Of a stretch of DNA of 64,000 bases, positions 35,551 to 46,110 are shown piece after piece. Both the position numbers and the translations under genes were made by a program. The notes beneath the pieces are model-generated. The model saw only the letters and a list, made by a program, of their open reading frames with translations, was not told where the DNA came from and did no database searches. Source of the DNA: an uncultured Eubacteriales bacterium (GTDB lineage: Bacteria; Bacillota; Clostridia; Oscillospirales; Acutalibacteraceae); assembly GCA_964419515.1 (NCBI GenBank), contig CAYQPJ010000008.1:33-64032 (forward strand), given 5' to 3'. Numbering within the stretch: position 1 is the stretch's first letter; each line of letters starts with the position of its first letter.

Positions 35551-36987
35551 TTACTGCTTATGGCAGTTTTCGCAGTTGTGGGGGCAGGCGGATTTTTCAA
35601 GATCCTCTTTTGCGTACATTACAGAGGGGTTGTTGTGCTTTTCAATGTCGGTATCTGCCCAAATTTCATCGGCAACGGTTGCCCAAGCATCGGCTGCCTT
35701 GCGTGTTTTGGCGGCAAGGTCTCTCGGGTCCTCGGGAGCGAGCATTTCCGTTGAATGTGCACCGGAGCGCTCAACCGCTTCGATTATGGCATCGGGGTTA
35801 TCAAGCACGGGACAGGGACGAAGGTGGTTTTGATTCCACGGCTGACCCTTATAATACTCCATAAACAAGGGGGATTTAAGAGCATCCAAAAGAGAAACCT
35901 CTTTGATATTAACATTTGAATAGTGAACAAAGGCGCAAGGCTCAACGTCACCGTTTGCGTTAATGTGAAGGTAGTGTCTGCCACCGGCAACACAGCCCTG
36001 AACATATTCGCCGTCGTTCCAAAAGTCCATAAGGAACATAGGTTTTTCGTTTCGAGCCTTTCTTATAAGCTCATATGCTCTTTTTCTTTGCTCTGCGCTT
36101 ACCATAAGCTCCGGAACGGCATCCTTACCTACGGGCATATATGTAAAGAACCATGTGAAAAGTCCGCCGTTTTCAATAAGAAAGTCTATATAATCGCTTC
36201 CGCAAACCTCTTCAATGTTTTTGCTGTGGTAGCAAATGGAATAGCCGAAAAGGCAGCCTCTCGCTTTTAAGAGCTTTATGGCGTTCATAACCTTTTCATA
36301 TGTTCCCTCACCGCGGCGCATATCCGTTGCATCCTCGTAGCCCTCTATTGAAAAGGCGGGTACAAAGTTGCCTACCTCGGCAATTTGCTCTACAAACTCC
36401 TCATCGACAAGTGTGCCGTTTGTAAACGAAAGGAAGGCACAGTCGGGGTTTGCCTTGCAAAGCTTAATGATATCGTCTTTTCTTACGAGCGGTTCACCGC
36501 CGGAGAAAAGGTAAACGAAAGTACCGAGCTTTTTACCTTGCTCTACAACGCTTGCGAGTGTTTCGTAAGGAAGGGAAAGGTTTTTGCCGTATTCGGCAGC
36601 CCAGCAGCCCGTGCAGTGAAGGTTGCAGGCGGCAGTGGGGTCAATAAGAATCGCCCACGGAATATTGCATTTGTATTTTTCAATGTTTTCGGTTCTTACG
36701 GCAAAGCTGTTAAGGGCGATGTTAAGAAGAACGGGTATGAATTTGTCAAGAATTTTGGGGTCTGTGTTAAAGAGTATGTTTTTAATGAATCTTGTCCAAT
36801 TGTTATTTGGGTCCTGTAAGCTTTTTCTGAGGTTGTTATATGTAACCTGGTTTGCTTTTTTAACATCTGCCTTTTCAACAAGGTTAAGAACCTTAATAAG
36901 GTTTTTATCCGGGTCACGTCTTGCGTAGTTAATTGCCTGCTTTACGGCAAAGGCATATGCCGACGCTTTTAAAGATGATGTTTCCAT
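35551..36987 (-). CDS. Radical SAM protein with an N-terminal extension of about 115 aa and a C-terminal Cys-rich tail
   Basis: DPTAACNLHCTGCWA (CX3CX2C), GGEPL, twitch/SPASM-like GGRHYLHINANGDVEPCAF, and a terminal ACPHNCENCHKQ (second CX3CX2C). Confidence 0.85.
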   Translation of the reverse strand: METSSLKASAYAFAVKQAINYARRDPDKNLIKVLNLVEKADVKKANQVTYNNLRKSLQDPNNNWTRFIKNILFNTDPKILDKFIPVLLNIALNSFAVRTENIEKYKCNIPWAILIDPTAACNLHCTGCWAAEYGKNLSLPYETLASVVEQGKKLGTFVYLFSGGEPLVRKDDIIKLCKANPDCAFLSFTNGTLVDEEFVEQIAEVGNFVPAFSIEGYEDATDMRRGEGTYEKVMNAIKLLKARGCLFGYSICYHSKNIEEVCGSDYIDFLIENGGLFTWFFTYMPVGKDAVPELMVSAEQRKRAYELIRKARNEKPMFLMDFWNDGEYVQGCVAGGRHYLHINANGDVEPCAFVHYSNVNIKEVSLLDALKSPLFMEYYKGQPWNQNHLRPCPVLDNPDAIIEAVERSGAHSTEMLAPEDPRDLAAKTRKAADAWATVADEIWADTDIEKHNNPSVMYAKEDLEKSACPHNCENCHKQ

Positions 36988-37335
36988 AATTTGATTCCGA
37001 GCCTTAAGCTCAGCCTTTCAATATAATAGCGTGTTTTAGACAGTAAGCTTTAATTGCTTTAGAGCGTAAAACAGCATATAAAAGTATACCACAAACAAAT
37101 ATTAAGTCAAGTAATCTGCGACTTTGTAACTTTTGTGTAATAAAAATCGGTAATTTTGTTAAAAGCCGCTTTTTGTTTTTGTTAAGCTTTTGTTAAAATT
37201 TTCAAGCCCGAAAAGCAGCCGAAAAGCACGCTTGTACGTTTGAAAAACAGTGCAAATACAACTTTGTTTGTGCAAATTATACAAGTTTCGCAAAAAATAT
37301 TCAATACTCGTTTGAACAAAATATATTAAAAACAC

Positions 37336-37364
37336 TTGAAAAAATGTTTTGTATTTGATATTAT
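37336..37364 (+). promoter_or_regulatory. Candidate sigma-70 promoter of the glycogen operon
   Basis: TTGAAA (37336-37341), 17-nt spacer, TATTAT (37359-37364). Confidence 0.5.
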
Positions 37365-37395
37365 TAGTATGTAAGAACATATAATTTTATGCGAG

Positions 37396-39336
37396 GTGAG
37401 GAAGTTGAAAGAAAAAAAGACCGCCGAAAAAGAAAGCTTCAACGATTTCCCCGTATTTGTGTTCCATCAAGGGCGCAATTACAGAGCGCAGGAGTTTTTC
37501 GGCGCACACCGTACGGAAAACGACACCTTTGTTTTCAGGGTGTGGGCACCGCATGCCGAAGCCGTAAGCGTTGTGGGCGATTTTAACGGTTGGGATGACA
37601 CTGCCTGCCGAATGACGCGTCTTAACGGTGAGGGTGTGTGGGAAGGCTTTTTCTCGGGAGTTAAGCCTTATGACTGTTACAAGTTTTCGATAAAAACAAA
37701 AAGCGGCAGAGTCATTCAAAAAGCGGATCCGTATGCCGTTCACGCGGAAACGCGCCCCGGCACGGCTTCTAAAATTTATGAGAGCACGTATAAGTGGAAT
37801 GACTCAAAATGGCTTAAAAAAAGACTGCAAACGCCTGCATATTCGTCACCTGTAAATATATACGAGCTTCATTTCGGCTCTTGGAGAAAATACGAGGACG
37901 GAAATTATTTTACATACCGTGATATGGCGCGCGAGCTTTGTGAATATATAAAGGATATGGGCTACACGCACATTGAGCTTATGCCGCTTTCGGAGCATCC
38001 CTTTGACGGCTCTTGGGGCTATCAGGTAACGGGATATTTTGCGCCGACCTCGCGTTACGGCACGCCCGATGACTTTAAATATTTTATTGATGAATGCCAT
38101 AAGGCGGGAATAGGTGTTATTCTTGATTGGGTTCCCGCGCATTTTCCAAAGGATGCTCACGGGCTTTACGAGTTTGACGGTGAGCCTTGCTACGAATATT
38201 CCGACCCCAAAAAGGGCGAGCACCTTCAGTGGGGCACAAGAGTTTTTGATTACGGCAAAAATGAGGTTAAAAGCTTTTTGATTTCAAACGCCCTTTATTG
38301 GTTTAACGAATACCATATAGACGGCTTAAGAGTTGATGCCGTAGCCTCCATGCTGTACCTTGATTACGGCAGAGAGGACGGCGAGTGGATACCCAACGAA
38401 AACGGCGGTAACGAAAATCTTGAGGCGGCGGCATTTATAAAGGAGCTTAACGAGGCTGTATTCGGAGAGCACGGCGACGTTTTGATGATTGCCGAGGAAA
38501 GCACTTCTTGGCCGCTTGTATCAAAGCCTGTTTATATGGGCGGCTTGGGCTTTAACTTCAAGTGGAATATGGGCTGGATGAACGATATTCTACGTTATTT
38601 TTCGATGGACGGAATTTACAAAAAGTTCAACCATGACCTTATAACCTTCTCGTTCTTTTACGCATTTTCGGAAAATTTTGTGCTTCCGATTTCTCACGAC
38701 GAGGTTGTTCACGGTAAGTGCTCGCTTATTAACAAAATCCCCGGAAATTATAATGAGAAGTTTGCGGGAGTAAGGGCGTTTTTGGGTTATATGTATGCAC
38801 ATCCCGGGAAAAAGCTTTTGTTTATGGGCACGGAGTTTGGACAGTTTATTGAGTGGGATTACAAAAAGGAGCTTGATTGGCTTCTTCTTGATTACGAAAT
38901 GCATGTGCTTTTGAAGGATTACGTTAAGGCGCTTAACAAATTTTATAAAAAAAATTCTCCGCTTTGGCAGGTGGACTGCTCATGGGAGGGCTTTTCGTGG
39001 ATTGTAAGCGACGACAACGACAATTCCGTAATAGCCTTTATAAGAACAGATGAAAAGGGCGACCGAATTATAGCCGTTTGCAACTTTACAAAGGTTACAA
39101 GAAATAATTATAAAATCGGCGTTCCCGAGGACGGAAGCTACGAGCTTGTGTTTAATTCGGACTCAAAGCAGTTCGGCGGAAACGGCGAAAGAGTTAAAAA
39201 GACGTATAAAACCGAAAAGGAAGAGCTTCACGGCTTTAAAAACAGCATTTCCTTAACGCTTCCCGGAATGTCGGTTATGTATTTTAAGCATAAAAAGGAA
39301 GCGCAAGGAAAAGAACAAAAAAACGTTAAAAAATGA
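37396..39336 (+). CDS. glgB: 1,4-alpha-glucan branching enzyme
   Basis: GH13 motifs (GVILDWVPAHF, GLRVDAVASM, EESTSWP, SHDEVVHGK). Non-ATG start: GTG at 37396, or TTG at 37405 after gaggtgagg. Confidence 0.95.
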   Translation: MRKLKEKKTAEKESFNDFPVFVFHQGRNYRAQEFFGAHRTENDTFVFRVWAPHAEAVSVVGDFNGWDDTACRMTRLNGEGVWEGFFSGVKPYDCYKFSIKTKSGRVIQKADPYAVHAETRPGTASKIYESTYKWNDSKWLKKRLQTPAYSSPVNIYELHFGSWRKYEDGNYFTYRDMARELCEYIKDMGYTHIELMPLSEHPFDGSWGYQVTGYFAPTSRYGTPDDFKYFIDECHKAGIGVILDWVPAHFPKDAHGLYEFDGEPCYEYSDPKKGEHLQWGTRVFDYGKNEVKSFLISNALYWFNEYHIDGLRVDAVASMLYLDYGREDGEWIPNENGGNENLEAAAFIKELNEAVFGEHGDVLMIAEESTSWPLVSKPVYMGGLGFNFKWNMGWMNDILRYFSMDGIYKKFNHDLITFSFFYAFSENFVLPISHDEVVHGKCSLINKIPGNYNEKFAGVRAFLGYMYAHPGKKLLFMGTEFGQFIEWDYKKELDWLLLDYEMHVLLKDYVKALNKFYKKNSPLWQVDCSWEGFSWIVSDDNDNSVIAFIRTDEKGDRIIAVCNFTKVTRNNYKIGVPEDGSYELVFNSDSKQFGGNGERVKKTYKTEKEELHGFKNSISLTLPGMSVMYFKHKKEAQGKEQKNVKK

Positions 39337-39380
39337 AAAACAAACGATAATAAATGAATCCGAAAGGAATGTGAATTAAA

Positions 39381-40601
39381 ATGGCAAAGAAAACAGAATG
39401 TATTGCAATGCTTCTTGCGGGTGGTCAAGGCTCACGTCTCGGCGTTCTTACAAAAAACATTGCAAAGCCCGCCGTACCTTACGGCGGAAAATACAGGATA
39501 ATAGACTTTCCTCTGTCAAACTGCGTAAACTCCGGTATTTATACCGTGGGCGTTTTAACGCAGTATCAGCCGCTTGAATTAAACGATTATATAGGCAACG
39601 GCGGACCTTGGGATCTTGACAGGGCAAACGGCGGAGTTCACATACTTTCACCGTATCAGCAAATTAAAGGTACGGAGTGGTATAAGGGAACGGCTAACGC
39701 CATTTACCAAAATATTAACTTTATAGACCGTTATAACCCGGAGTATGTTGCGGTGCTTTCCGGTGACCATATTTATAAAATGGATTACGCGAAAATGCTT
39801 CAATTCCATAAGGAAAAGGATGCCGCCTGCACAATAGCAATGCTTGAGGTGCCGTGGGAGGAGGCTTCACGCTTCGGACTCATGTTTACGGACCCCGACG
39901 GCAGAATTACGGCTTTCGAGGAAAAGCCGAAAAACCCGAAGAGCAACAAGGCTTCTATGGGTGTCTATATGTTCACTTGGGAAAAGCTCAGAAAATATCT
40001 TATTGACGATGAAAATGACCCCGAATCTTCAAATGATTTCGGCAAAAACGTTATTCCCGCAATGCATTCCGCGGGCGAAAGACTTTTTGCCTATGCATTT
40101 GACGGCTATTGGAAGGACGTGGGAACAATAGACTCTCTTTGGGAGGCAAACCTTGACCTTCTCAATAAAAAGGCGAATATTGATTTGAGCGATTCCTCTT
40201 GGAAGATTTACGGCAGAGGAACCATTTCCGCTCCGCAGTATATTTCGGAAAGTGCTAAGGTTGAAAATTCAATAGTAGCGGAAGGGTGCGAGATTGAAGG
40301 CGATATTGATTATTCGGTGCTCTTTTCCGATGTTACCGTCGAGGAGGGCGCAAGCGTAAAATATTCAATAGTAATGCCGGGCGCCGTGATTAAAAAGGGT
40401 GCTGTAGTGCAGTACGCAATGGTTGCGGAGAATTCTGTAATCGAAGAGGACGCGAAAATCGGTGAAAATCCCGAAAAATGCGAAAATCTCGATGATTGGG
40501 GCGTAAGCGTTGTAGGTGCCAACATAAAGGTCGGCGAAGGCGCAACGGTAAAGGCAAAATCAATGATTTCCGAAGATGTTGAAAGGGGTGCTCTTGTATG
40601 A
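39381..40601 (+). CDS. glgC: Glucose-1-phosphate adenylyltransferase, catalytic subunit
   Basis: [26 protein letters not shown] and WYKGTANAI motifs, with a C-terminal LbH domain. Confidence 0.95.
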   Translation: MAKKTECIAMLLAGGQGSRLGVLTKNIAKPAVPYGGKYRIIDFPLSNCVNSGIYTVGVLTQYQPLELNDYIGNGGPWDLDRANGGVHILSPYQQIKGTEWYKGTANAIYQNINFIDRYNPEYVAVLSGDHIYKMDYAKMLQFHKEKDAACTIAMLEVPWEEASRFGLMFTDPDGRITAFEEKPKNPKSNKASMGVYMFTWEKLRKYLIDDENDPESSNDFGKNVIPAMHSAGERLFAYAFDGYWKDVGTIDSLWEANLDLLNKKANIDLSDSSWKIYGRGTISAPQYISESAKVENSIVAEGCEIEGDIDYSVLFSDVTVEEGASVKYSIVMPGAVIKKGAVVQYAMVAENSVIEEDAKIGENPEKCENLDDWGVSVVGANIKVGEGATVKAKSMISEDVERGALV

Positions 40602-41716
40602 TGCCGAAAAATGTTTTGGGGCTTATTTATTCAAACTCTTATGATTCTGCCTTGGGCGGTCTTACCGCAAGGCGTACCATGGGCTCGGTGCCCTTCGGCG
40701 GCAGATACCGCTTTATAGACTTTATGCTTTCAAACCTTGTAAACAGCGGTGTTACAAAGGTCGGTCTTATTGCAAACAGCAACTACCATTCGCTTATGGA
40801 CCATGTGGGAAGCGGCAGACCGTGGGATCTTTCAAGAAAAACAGACGGACTTTTCATTCTTCCGCCGTTTGACGGCTCTTCGCATTACGGCGACGGCTCT
40901 AACAGAATAGACGTTCTTAACAGAATAATGGACTTTATTGTCGCTTCAAAGCAGGAATATGTGCTTCTTGCGGATTCAAACTTTATTTGCAACGTTGATT
41001 TTGAAAGGATTTTTGAATTTCACGATGAGAAAAATGCCGATATTACGGCTGTTTACTGTGAGGGAGTTTTACCTAAGCTTGAAAATAAAATGGTATTTAC
41101 GCTTGATTCCGACAGTAAGGTAACGGCAATTTCCGTAGACCCGAAGACAGATGAGGCGGTAAAATACGGAGCGAATATTCTTCTTATAAGAAAAGCACTT
41201 CTTGAAAGGCTTATAGGCGATGCCGAAAGCTACAATTGCACAAGCTTTGAAAAGGATGTTATGCAAAGAAATGTTGAGCACCTTAACATTTACGGCTATA
41301 AGTGCGAGGGCGTTCATTTTACGGTAGATTCGCTCGTTTCGTATTACGAGGCGAATATGGCACTTTTAGAAAGAGATTGCCGAAAGAGTCTTTTCAATTC
41401 CGACAGACCCATTCTTACAAAGGTAAGAAATGATATGCCCGTTATTTACGGAATAGGCAGTGAAGCGAAAAACTCTCTTATTGCAGACGGCTGTATTATT
41501 GAGGGTACCGTTAAAAACAGTATTCTTTTCAGGGGCGCACGCGTTGCAAAGGGCGCTGTTGTTGAAAATTCCATTGTTATGCAGGATGCGTTTGTAGGCG
41601 AAAATGCAAGGCTTAATTGCGTTATCATGGACAAAAATACGGTAATCACGCCCACTAAAAATCTTTCGGGCGACAAGGCATACCCGATATTTATAGGAAA
41701 GCAAATTGTAATTTAA
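40598..41716 (+). CDS. glgD: Glucose-1-phosphate adenylyltransferase, GlgD subunit
   Basis: Paralog of glgC lacking the GGxGxR motif ([17 protein letters not shown]). 4-nt overlap with glgC. Confidence 0.9.
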   Translation: MMPKNVLGLIYSNSYDSALGGLTARRTMGSVPFGGRYRFIDFMLSNLVNSGVTKVGLIANSNYHSLMDHVGSGRPWDLSRKTDGLFILPPFDGSSHYGDGSNRIDVLNRIMDFIVASKQEYVLLADSNFICNVDFERIFEFHDEKNADITAVYCEGVLPKLENKMVFTLDSDSKVTAISVDPKTDEAVKYGANILLIRKALLERLIGDAESYNCTSFEKDVMQRNVEHLNIYGYKCEGVHFTVDSLVSYYEANMALLERDCRKSLFNSDRPILTKVRNDMPVIYGIGSEAKNSLIADGCIIEGTVKNSILFRGARVAKGAVVENSIVMQDAFVGENARLNCVIMDKNTVITPTKNLSGDKAYPIFIGKQIVI

Positions 41717-41738
41717 GTTATTTTGGGAGGAATTATAA

Positions 41739-43163
41739 ATGAAGGTTCTATACGCTGCAAGCGAAGCACTTCCCTTTATGGCAAGCGGCGGACTCGGCGA
41801 TGTTGCCGGCTCTCTTCCGCAGGCATTGAGAAAGCGCCTTGTGGGTGCAAGAGTTGTAATGCCGCTTTACGACGGAATTAAGCAGGAACTTAAGGACACC
41901 ATGAAGTTTATAACTCATATTTCGGTTCCCGTTGCCTGGCGCAGACAGTATTGCGGAATTTTTGAGGCAAGAGCCGGTGGAGTTATTTATTATCTTCTTG
42001 ATAATCAATACTACTTTAAAAGAGACACAATTTACGGGCATTATGACGATGCCGAGCGCTTTGCGTTCTTTTCAAGAGCTATTCTTGAAATAATACCTTA
42101 TATTGATTTCAAGCCCGATATAATTCATTGTAATGATTGGCAAACAGCCTTAACACCGGTTTATTACAGTACAATTTACGCAAACAGGCAGGGCTATGAA
42201 AACATAAAAACCGTATTTACGATACATAATATTCAATATCAGGGTGTTTACGGTGATGAGCTTATAGACAATGTTATCGGCATTGACAGGCAGTACACGG
42301 GGCTTCTTGAATATGACGGCGCAGTAAACCTTATGAAGGGTGCTATTGAAACTGCGGATTGTATTACGACCGTAAGCCCCTCTTATGCAAAGGAAATTCT
42401 CGACCCGTGGTATTCTCACGGACTTGATACTATTTTAAGAGAAAGAAGCTTTAAATTGAGGGGTATTTTAAACGGAATTGACACCGTGAATTACGACCCC
42501 GAGACCGATACCGATATATTTAAAAATTACAGTGCCGCGGATTTTAAAAACAAGGCATATAATAAAAAAGAGCTTCAAAAGCTTTTCGGTCTTAATGAAA
42601 GCAAAAAAACACCGGTTATGGGAATGGTTACAAGGCTTGTTTCTCATAAGGGTCTTGACCTTTGCAAAAGAATTTTTGATGAGCTTCTTTCAACCACCGA
42701 TATACAGCTTGTAATTCTCGGCTCCGGTGATTGGCAATATGAGGAATATTTTAAGGGTCTTAAGGAGCGCTTTCCCGATAAGGTTGGGCTTAAAATAGGC
42801 TTTGTTCCGGATCTTGCAAGAAAAATTTATGCCGGAAGCGACCTGTTTTTAATGCCTTCAAAGAGCGAGCCGTGCGGACTCTCTCAAATGGTTGCTTTAA
42901 GGTACGGTTCAATTCCGATTGTGCGTGAAACAGGCGGTCTTCGCGACAGTATCCGCGACAGCGGCGACGGTGAGGGTAACGGCTTTGTGTTCTCTTCCTA
43001 CAACGCGCACGAAATGCTTCACGCAATCCGCCGTGCCTGCGAAGGCTTTAATGATGAAAAAGGCTGGAAAATTCTCGTTAAGCGTGCTATGGAAAGCGAT
43101 AACAGCTGGGGCAAATCCGCAAACGAATACATAAGGATGTATAAGGAGCTTTTAAAGTCATAA
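41739..43163 (+). CDS. glgA: Glycogen synthase (ADP-glucose type)
   Basis: MKVLYAASEALPFMASGGLGDV, SKSEPCGLSQM and TGGLRD motifs. Confidence 0.95.
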   Translation: MKVLYAASEALPFMASGGLGDVAGSLPQALRKRLVGARVVMPLYDGIKQELKDTMKFITHISVPVAWRRQYCGIFEARAGGVIYYLLDNQYYFKRDTIYGHYDDAERFAFFSRAILEIIPYIDFKPDIIHCNDWQTALTPVYYSTIYANRQGYENIKTVFTIHNIQYQGVYGDELIDNVIGIDRQYTGLLEYDGAVNLMKGAIETADCITTVSPSYAKEILDPWYSHGLDTILRERSFKLRGILNGIDTVNYDPETDTDIFKNYSAADFKNKAYNKKELQKLFGLNESKKTPVMGMVTRLVSHKGLDLCKRIFDELLSTTDIQLVILGSGDWQYEEYFKGLKERFPDKVGLKIGFVPDLARKIYAGSDLFLMPSKSEPCGLSQMVALRYGSIPIVRETGGLRDSIRDSGDGEGNGFVFSSYNAHEMLHAIRRACEGFNDEKGWKILVKRAMESDNSWGKSANEYIRMYKELLKS

Positions 43164-43237
43164 AATATAAGAGGCCGAGAGCGACGGAAGGCGAGAGGTT
43201 GTAAAAAAGCGCAGACCGTATAAAACGGTATAATACA

Positions 43238-43276
43238 AAGGGCTTTTACAGATATTATTTACCCGTAAAAGCCCTT
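43238..43276. terminator. Terminator hairpin between glgA and the convergent XRE gene
   Basis: AAGGGCTTTTAC / GTAAAAGCCCTT forms a 12-bp perfect stem. A T-run lies at 43285-43290. Confidence 0.5.
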
Positions 43277-43311
43277 AAAGCTTGTTTTTTGAAATTGTAA
43301 AAGAGTGTGCG

Positions 43312-43917
43312 CTATACACGGTCGGCAATGGCGGCGCAATTGCGTTTAACGGCATTTTCCACAGCGGAAATAACCGTTTCTATGCTCAACGGCTCCGGTC
43401 CGCCGTATCTTCTTGCGGCAGTTGTTTTTTCGGGAAAATCCGAAAGAATTCCCTCGGAGACAAGCTGTTGAACAATTCCCGCGTATTTAGGCTGAATTGA
43501 AAACCAGCGCTTCGGTATGTAGCCCTTTTGTGCCGCGGTGAAAAGCGTCGTGTAAATAACAGCCGCATAAAGCATATCGGTTCGCTCACCCGCCACGGCA
43601 GAGCCTGCGTTCATACGCTCGTGAGTCATAATTGCGGCACGGTAAACCGTTTGGGATGAAAACTTTTTGTCCTCGGCTCTGTCCTCAAGAAAGGTCGAGT
43701 CAAGCCCGGAGCGGCTGTCGGAGCGCCCGAGAAGGTAGTCGGTTGTAACACCGTAATAGTCGGCGGCACGTGAAAGGAACGACAGCCCGAATTCGCGAAT
43801 GCCCTTTTCGTAATGTGAAAGAAGAGCCTGAGAAACGCCGAGGTCGTTTGCCGCTTCCTTTTGGCTAATGCCCTTTTCAATTCTCAGCTCATAAAGCCTC
43901 TCATAATAATTTGACAT
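43312..43917 (-). CDS. XRE-family helix-turn-helix transcriptional regulator with an uncharacterised C-terminal domain
   Basis: LRIEKGISQKEAANDLGVSQALLSHYEKG. ATG 43917 follows GAGGTG. The longer ORF start at 44001 would overlap the divergent gene. Confidence 0.8.
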   Translation of the reverse strand: MSNYYERLYELRIEKGISQKEAANDLGVSQALLSHYEKGIREFGLSFLSRAADYYGVTTDYLLGRSDSRSGLDSTFLEDRAEDKKFSSQTVYRAAIMTHERMNAGSAVAGERTDMLYAAVIYTTLFTAAQKGYIPKRWFSIQPKYAGIVQQLVSEGILSDFPEKTTAARRYGGPEPLSIETVISAVENAVKRNCAAIADRV

Positions 43918-43985
43918 AAAAACACCTCGGTAACACACTTTATAATATACTTTAAGTATAATACTACAAATGATCGGAGAAATCA

Positions 43986-44726
43986 ATGAAAACTTATACA
44001 ATTCATATTTTGCGCCATGCGTTTACGCGCGGCAACCTTGAGGGGCGCTATATAGGTCAAACGGACGAGCCTCTTTGCAGGGAGGGTATTGAGCAGCTTA
44101 AAAAGATGAAGTCGGATTATAATTATCCGAATGCTCAGGTTGTTTTTTCAAGCTCATTAAAGCGTTGTACGGAGACTGCGAAAATTCTTTATCCCGACAA
44201 AACACCGATTGAAATGCGCGGCTTTGAGGAGTGCGATTTCGGCGAATTTGAGGGTCACACGGCAGAGGAGCTGGCGCCTTACAAGGAGTTTTCGGAGTGG
44301 CTTGCCGGAAAAGAGGATGCCAAGCCCTTAAACGGTGAAAGTAATGTTGATTTTTCAAGCAGAATATGTGACACCTTTAACAAAACGGTTGAAGGGCTTT
44401 TTAAAACGGGAATAACCGAGGCCGTGATTATTACGCACGGCGGAGTTCTTATGACGCTTATGGCGGCATTCGGGCTGCCGGAGCTTCCCATGACCGAGTG
44501 GCTTTGCCCCTCCTGTTGCGGCTATACTGTGCGTATAACGCCTATGCTTTGGGAAAAGATGGGTAAGTTTGAGGTTGTTGCCGACATTCCCGGTGAGCCG
44601 CTTACAGATACCCAAGAGGAGCGCCTGTGGGATTATTATCGCGAAATAGGTGAGGATGACGACTACGACTACGAGCGCGACATTAAAGAGGATTTTATTT
44701 TCGGAGAAGACAAAAGCGTGCTTTAA
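43986..44726 (+). CDS. Histidine phosphatase (phosphoglycerate-mutase-like) family protein
   Basis: IHILRHAFTRGN (RHG-type motif, here RHA) and ITHGGVL. Confidence 0.75.
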   Translation: MKTYTIHILRHAFTRGNLEGRYIGQTDEPLCREGIEQLKKMKSDYNYPNAQVVFSSSLKRCTETAKILYPDKTPIEMRGFEECDFGEFEGHTAEELAPYKEFSEWLAGKEDAKPLNGESNVDFSSRICDTFNKTVEGLFKTGITEAVIITHGGVLMTLMAAFGLPELPMTEWLCPSCCGYTVRITPMLWEKMGKFEVVADIPGEPLTDTQEERLWDYYREIGEDDDYDYERDIKEDFIFGEDKSVL

Positions 44727-44747
44727 TAAATGAAAGGATGAAATAAT

Positions 44748-46109
44748 ATGAGTAACCCTTCAAAAGAAACGTTAAGACCGTTCGGTATGCGTGATAAAAT
44801 AGGCTACGCCCTCGGCGATTTCGGTTGTAATATGAGCTTTGCATTTATTAACAACTACTTAATGCTTTTTTACGTTACCTGCCTTAATATTAAGCCCACT
44901 CACTTTGCAATAATAATAATGCTCGGAAAAATTTTCGATGCCGTAAATGACCCCATTATAGGCGGCATTTGCGATTCGGTAAAGCCCGGAAGGGACGGTA
45001 AGTTTAAGCCGTGGATAAAGTGGGCGAGCATTCCGCTTCTTTTGTCAAGCGTGCTTTTGTTTATATATATTCCTTCCGCACCGTATGCCTTAAAGGTTAC
45101 GCTTTGCCTCCTTCTTTATTGCGTTTGGAGCGTTTCCTATACAAGCGTAAACGTGCCCTACGGCTCAATGCAGTCGGTAATAACAACCGTGCCCAAGGAG
45201 CGCTCGGAGCTTTCCACCTTCAGAAGCATCGGTGCTTTGCTGGTGCAAATTCCCGTTATGATTCTTTTGCCGCTTCTTGTATATGATGAAAACAAAAACC
45301 CGCGCGGCGAATATTTTATAATATTTGTTGCCGTTATGGGCATAATCGGCTGCATCTCTTTTGTTTTTTTAAGAAAAATGGTAACCGAAAGAGTAGCGCC
45401 TACCGTGAATGAAAAGCAAAAATTCAATTATGCGCAAACAATTAAGGGCTTTTTGAAAAATAAGCATATGCTTGGCGTTACAATTTCGTCGATATCTTAT
45501 CTTGCGCTTATGATGACGGTTACAAGCTCGTTGCAGTACACATTTATGTGTTACTTTAAAAACACCGACCTTATAACAGTTGCCACGGTAATTGCGGGAA
45601 TGCCCGTTGCGTTCGGCATTGTTGCAATTAAGCCGCTTTCAAAAAGATTTACGAAAAAACAGCTTTGCACATATCCCTTCCTGCTTTCGGCATTGGCAAG
45701 CGGTGTTGCGGCATTTGTGAAAATTCAAAATCCGTTTATTTGGATGCTTTTAATGGGTGTGGCAATGCTCGGAGCCTCGTTTTACCTTGTTTTGACATGG
45801 GCGCTTGTTGCGGATTGCATAGATTTTCAGGAAAAGACAACCGGTAGGCGCGAGGAAGGCTCTATTTACGCAACATACTCGTTTTTCAGAAAAATAGCTC
45901 AAGGCTTGGGTGCGGCGCTTATTTCGCTTGCGCTTGACTTTACGGGCTATAAGTCTGAGCTTGATGCGTTAAGTCAAGGCGTGGGCGTTGCCGACAAAAT
46001 CTATTTTATGACAGGCATTTTGCCGTGCATAGGCTCGCTCATATGCTTTTTGAGTATGTATTTCCTTTATAAGCTCGGCGATTCACAAGCGGCAGACACG
46101 GAGGGATAA
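44748..46109 (+). CDS. Glycoside-pentoside-hexuronide (GPH):cation symporter family transporter
   Basis: About 12 TM segments. N-terminal KIGYALGDFGCNM and DAVNDPIIGGICD are typical of MelB/GusB-like carriers. Confidence 0.85.
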   Translation: MSNPSKETLRPFGMRDKIGYALGDFGCNMSFAFINNYLMLFYVTCLNIKPTHFAIIIMLGKIFDAVNDPIIGGICDSVKPGRDGKFKPWIKWASIPLLLSSVLLFIYIPSAPYALKVTLCLLLYCVWSVSYTSVNVPYGSMQSVITTVPKERSELSTFRSIGALLVQIPVMILLPLLVYDENKNPRGEYFIIFVAVMGIIGCISFVFLRKMVTERVAPTVNEKQKFNYAQTIKGFLKNKHMLGVTISSISYLALMMTVTSSLQYTFMCYFKNTDLITVATVIAGMPVAFGIVAIKPLSKRFTKKQLCTYPFLLSALASGVAAFVKIQNPFIWMLLMGVAMLGASFYLVLTWALVADCIDFQEKTTGRREEGSIYATYSFFRKIAQGLGAALISLALDFTGYKSELDALSQGVGVADKIYFMTGILPCIGSLICFLSMYFLYKLGDSQAADTEG

Positions 46110-46110
46110 A

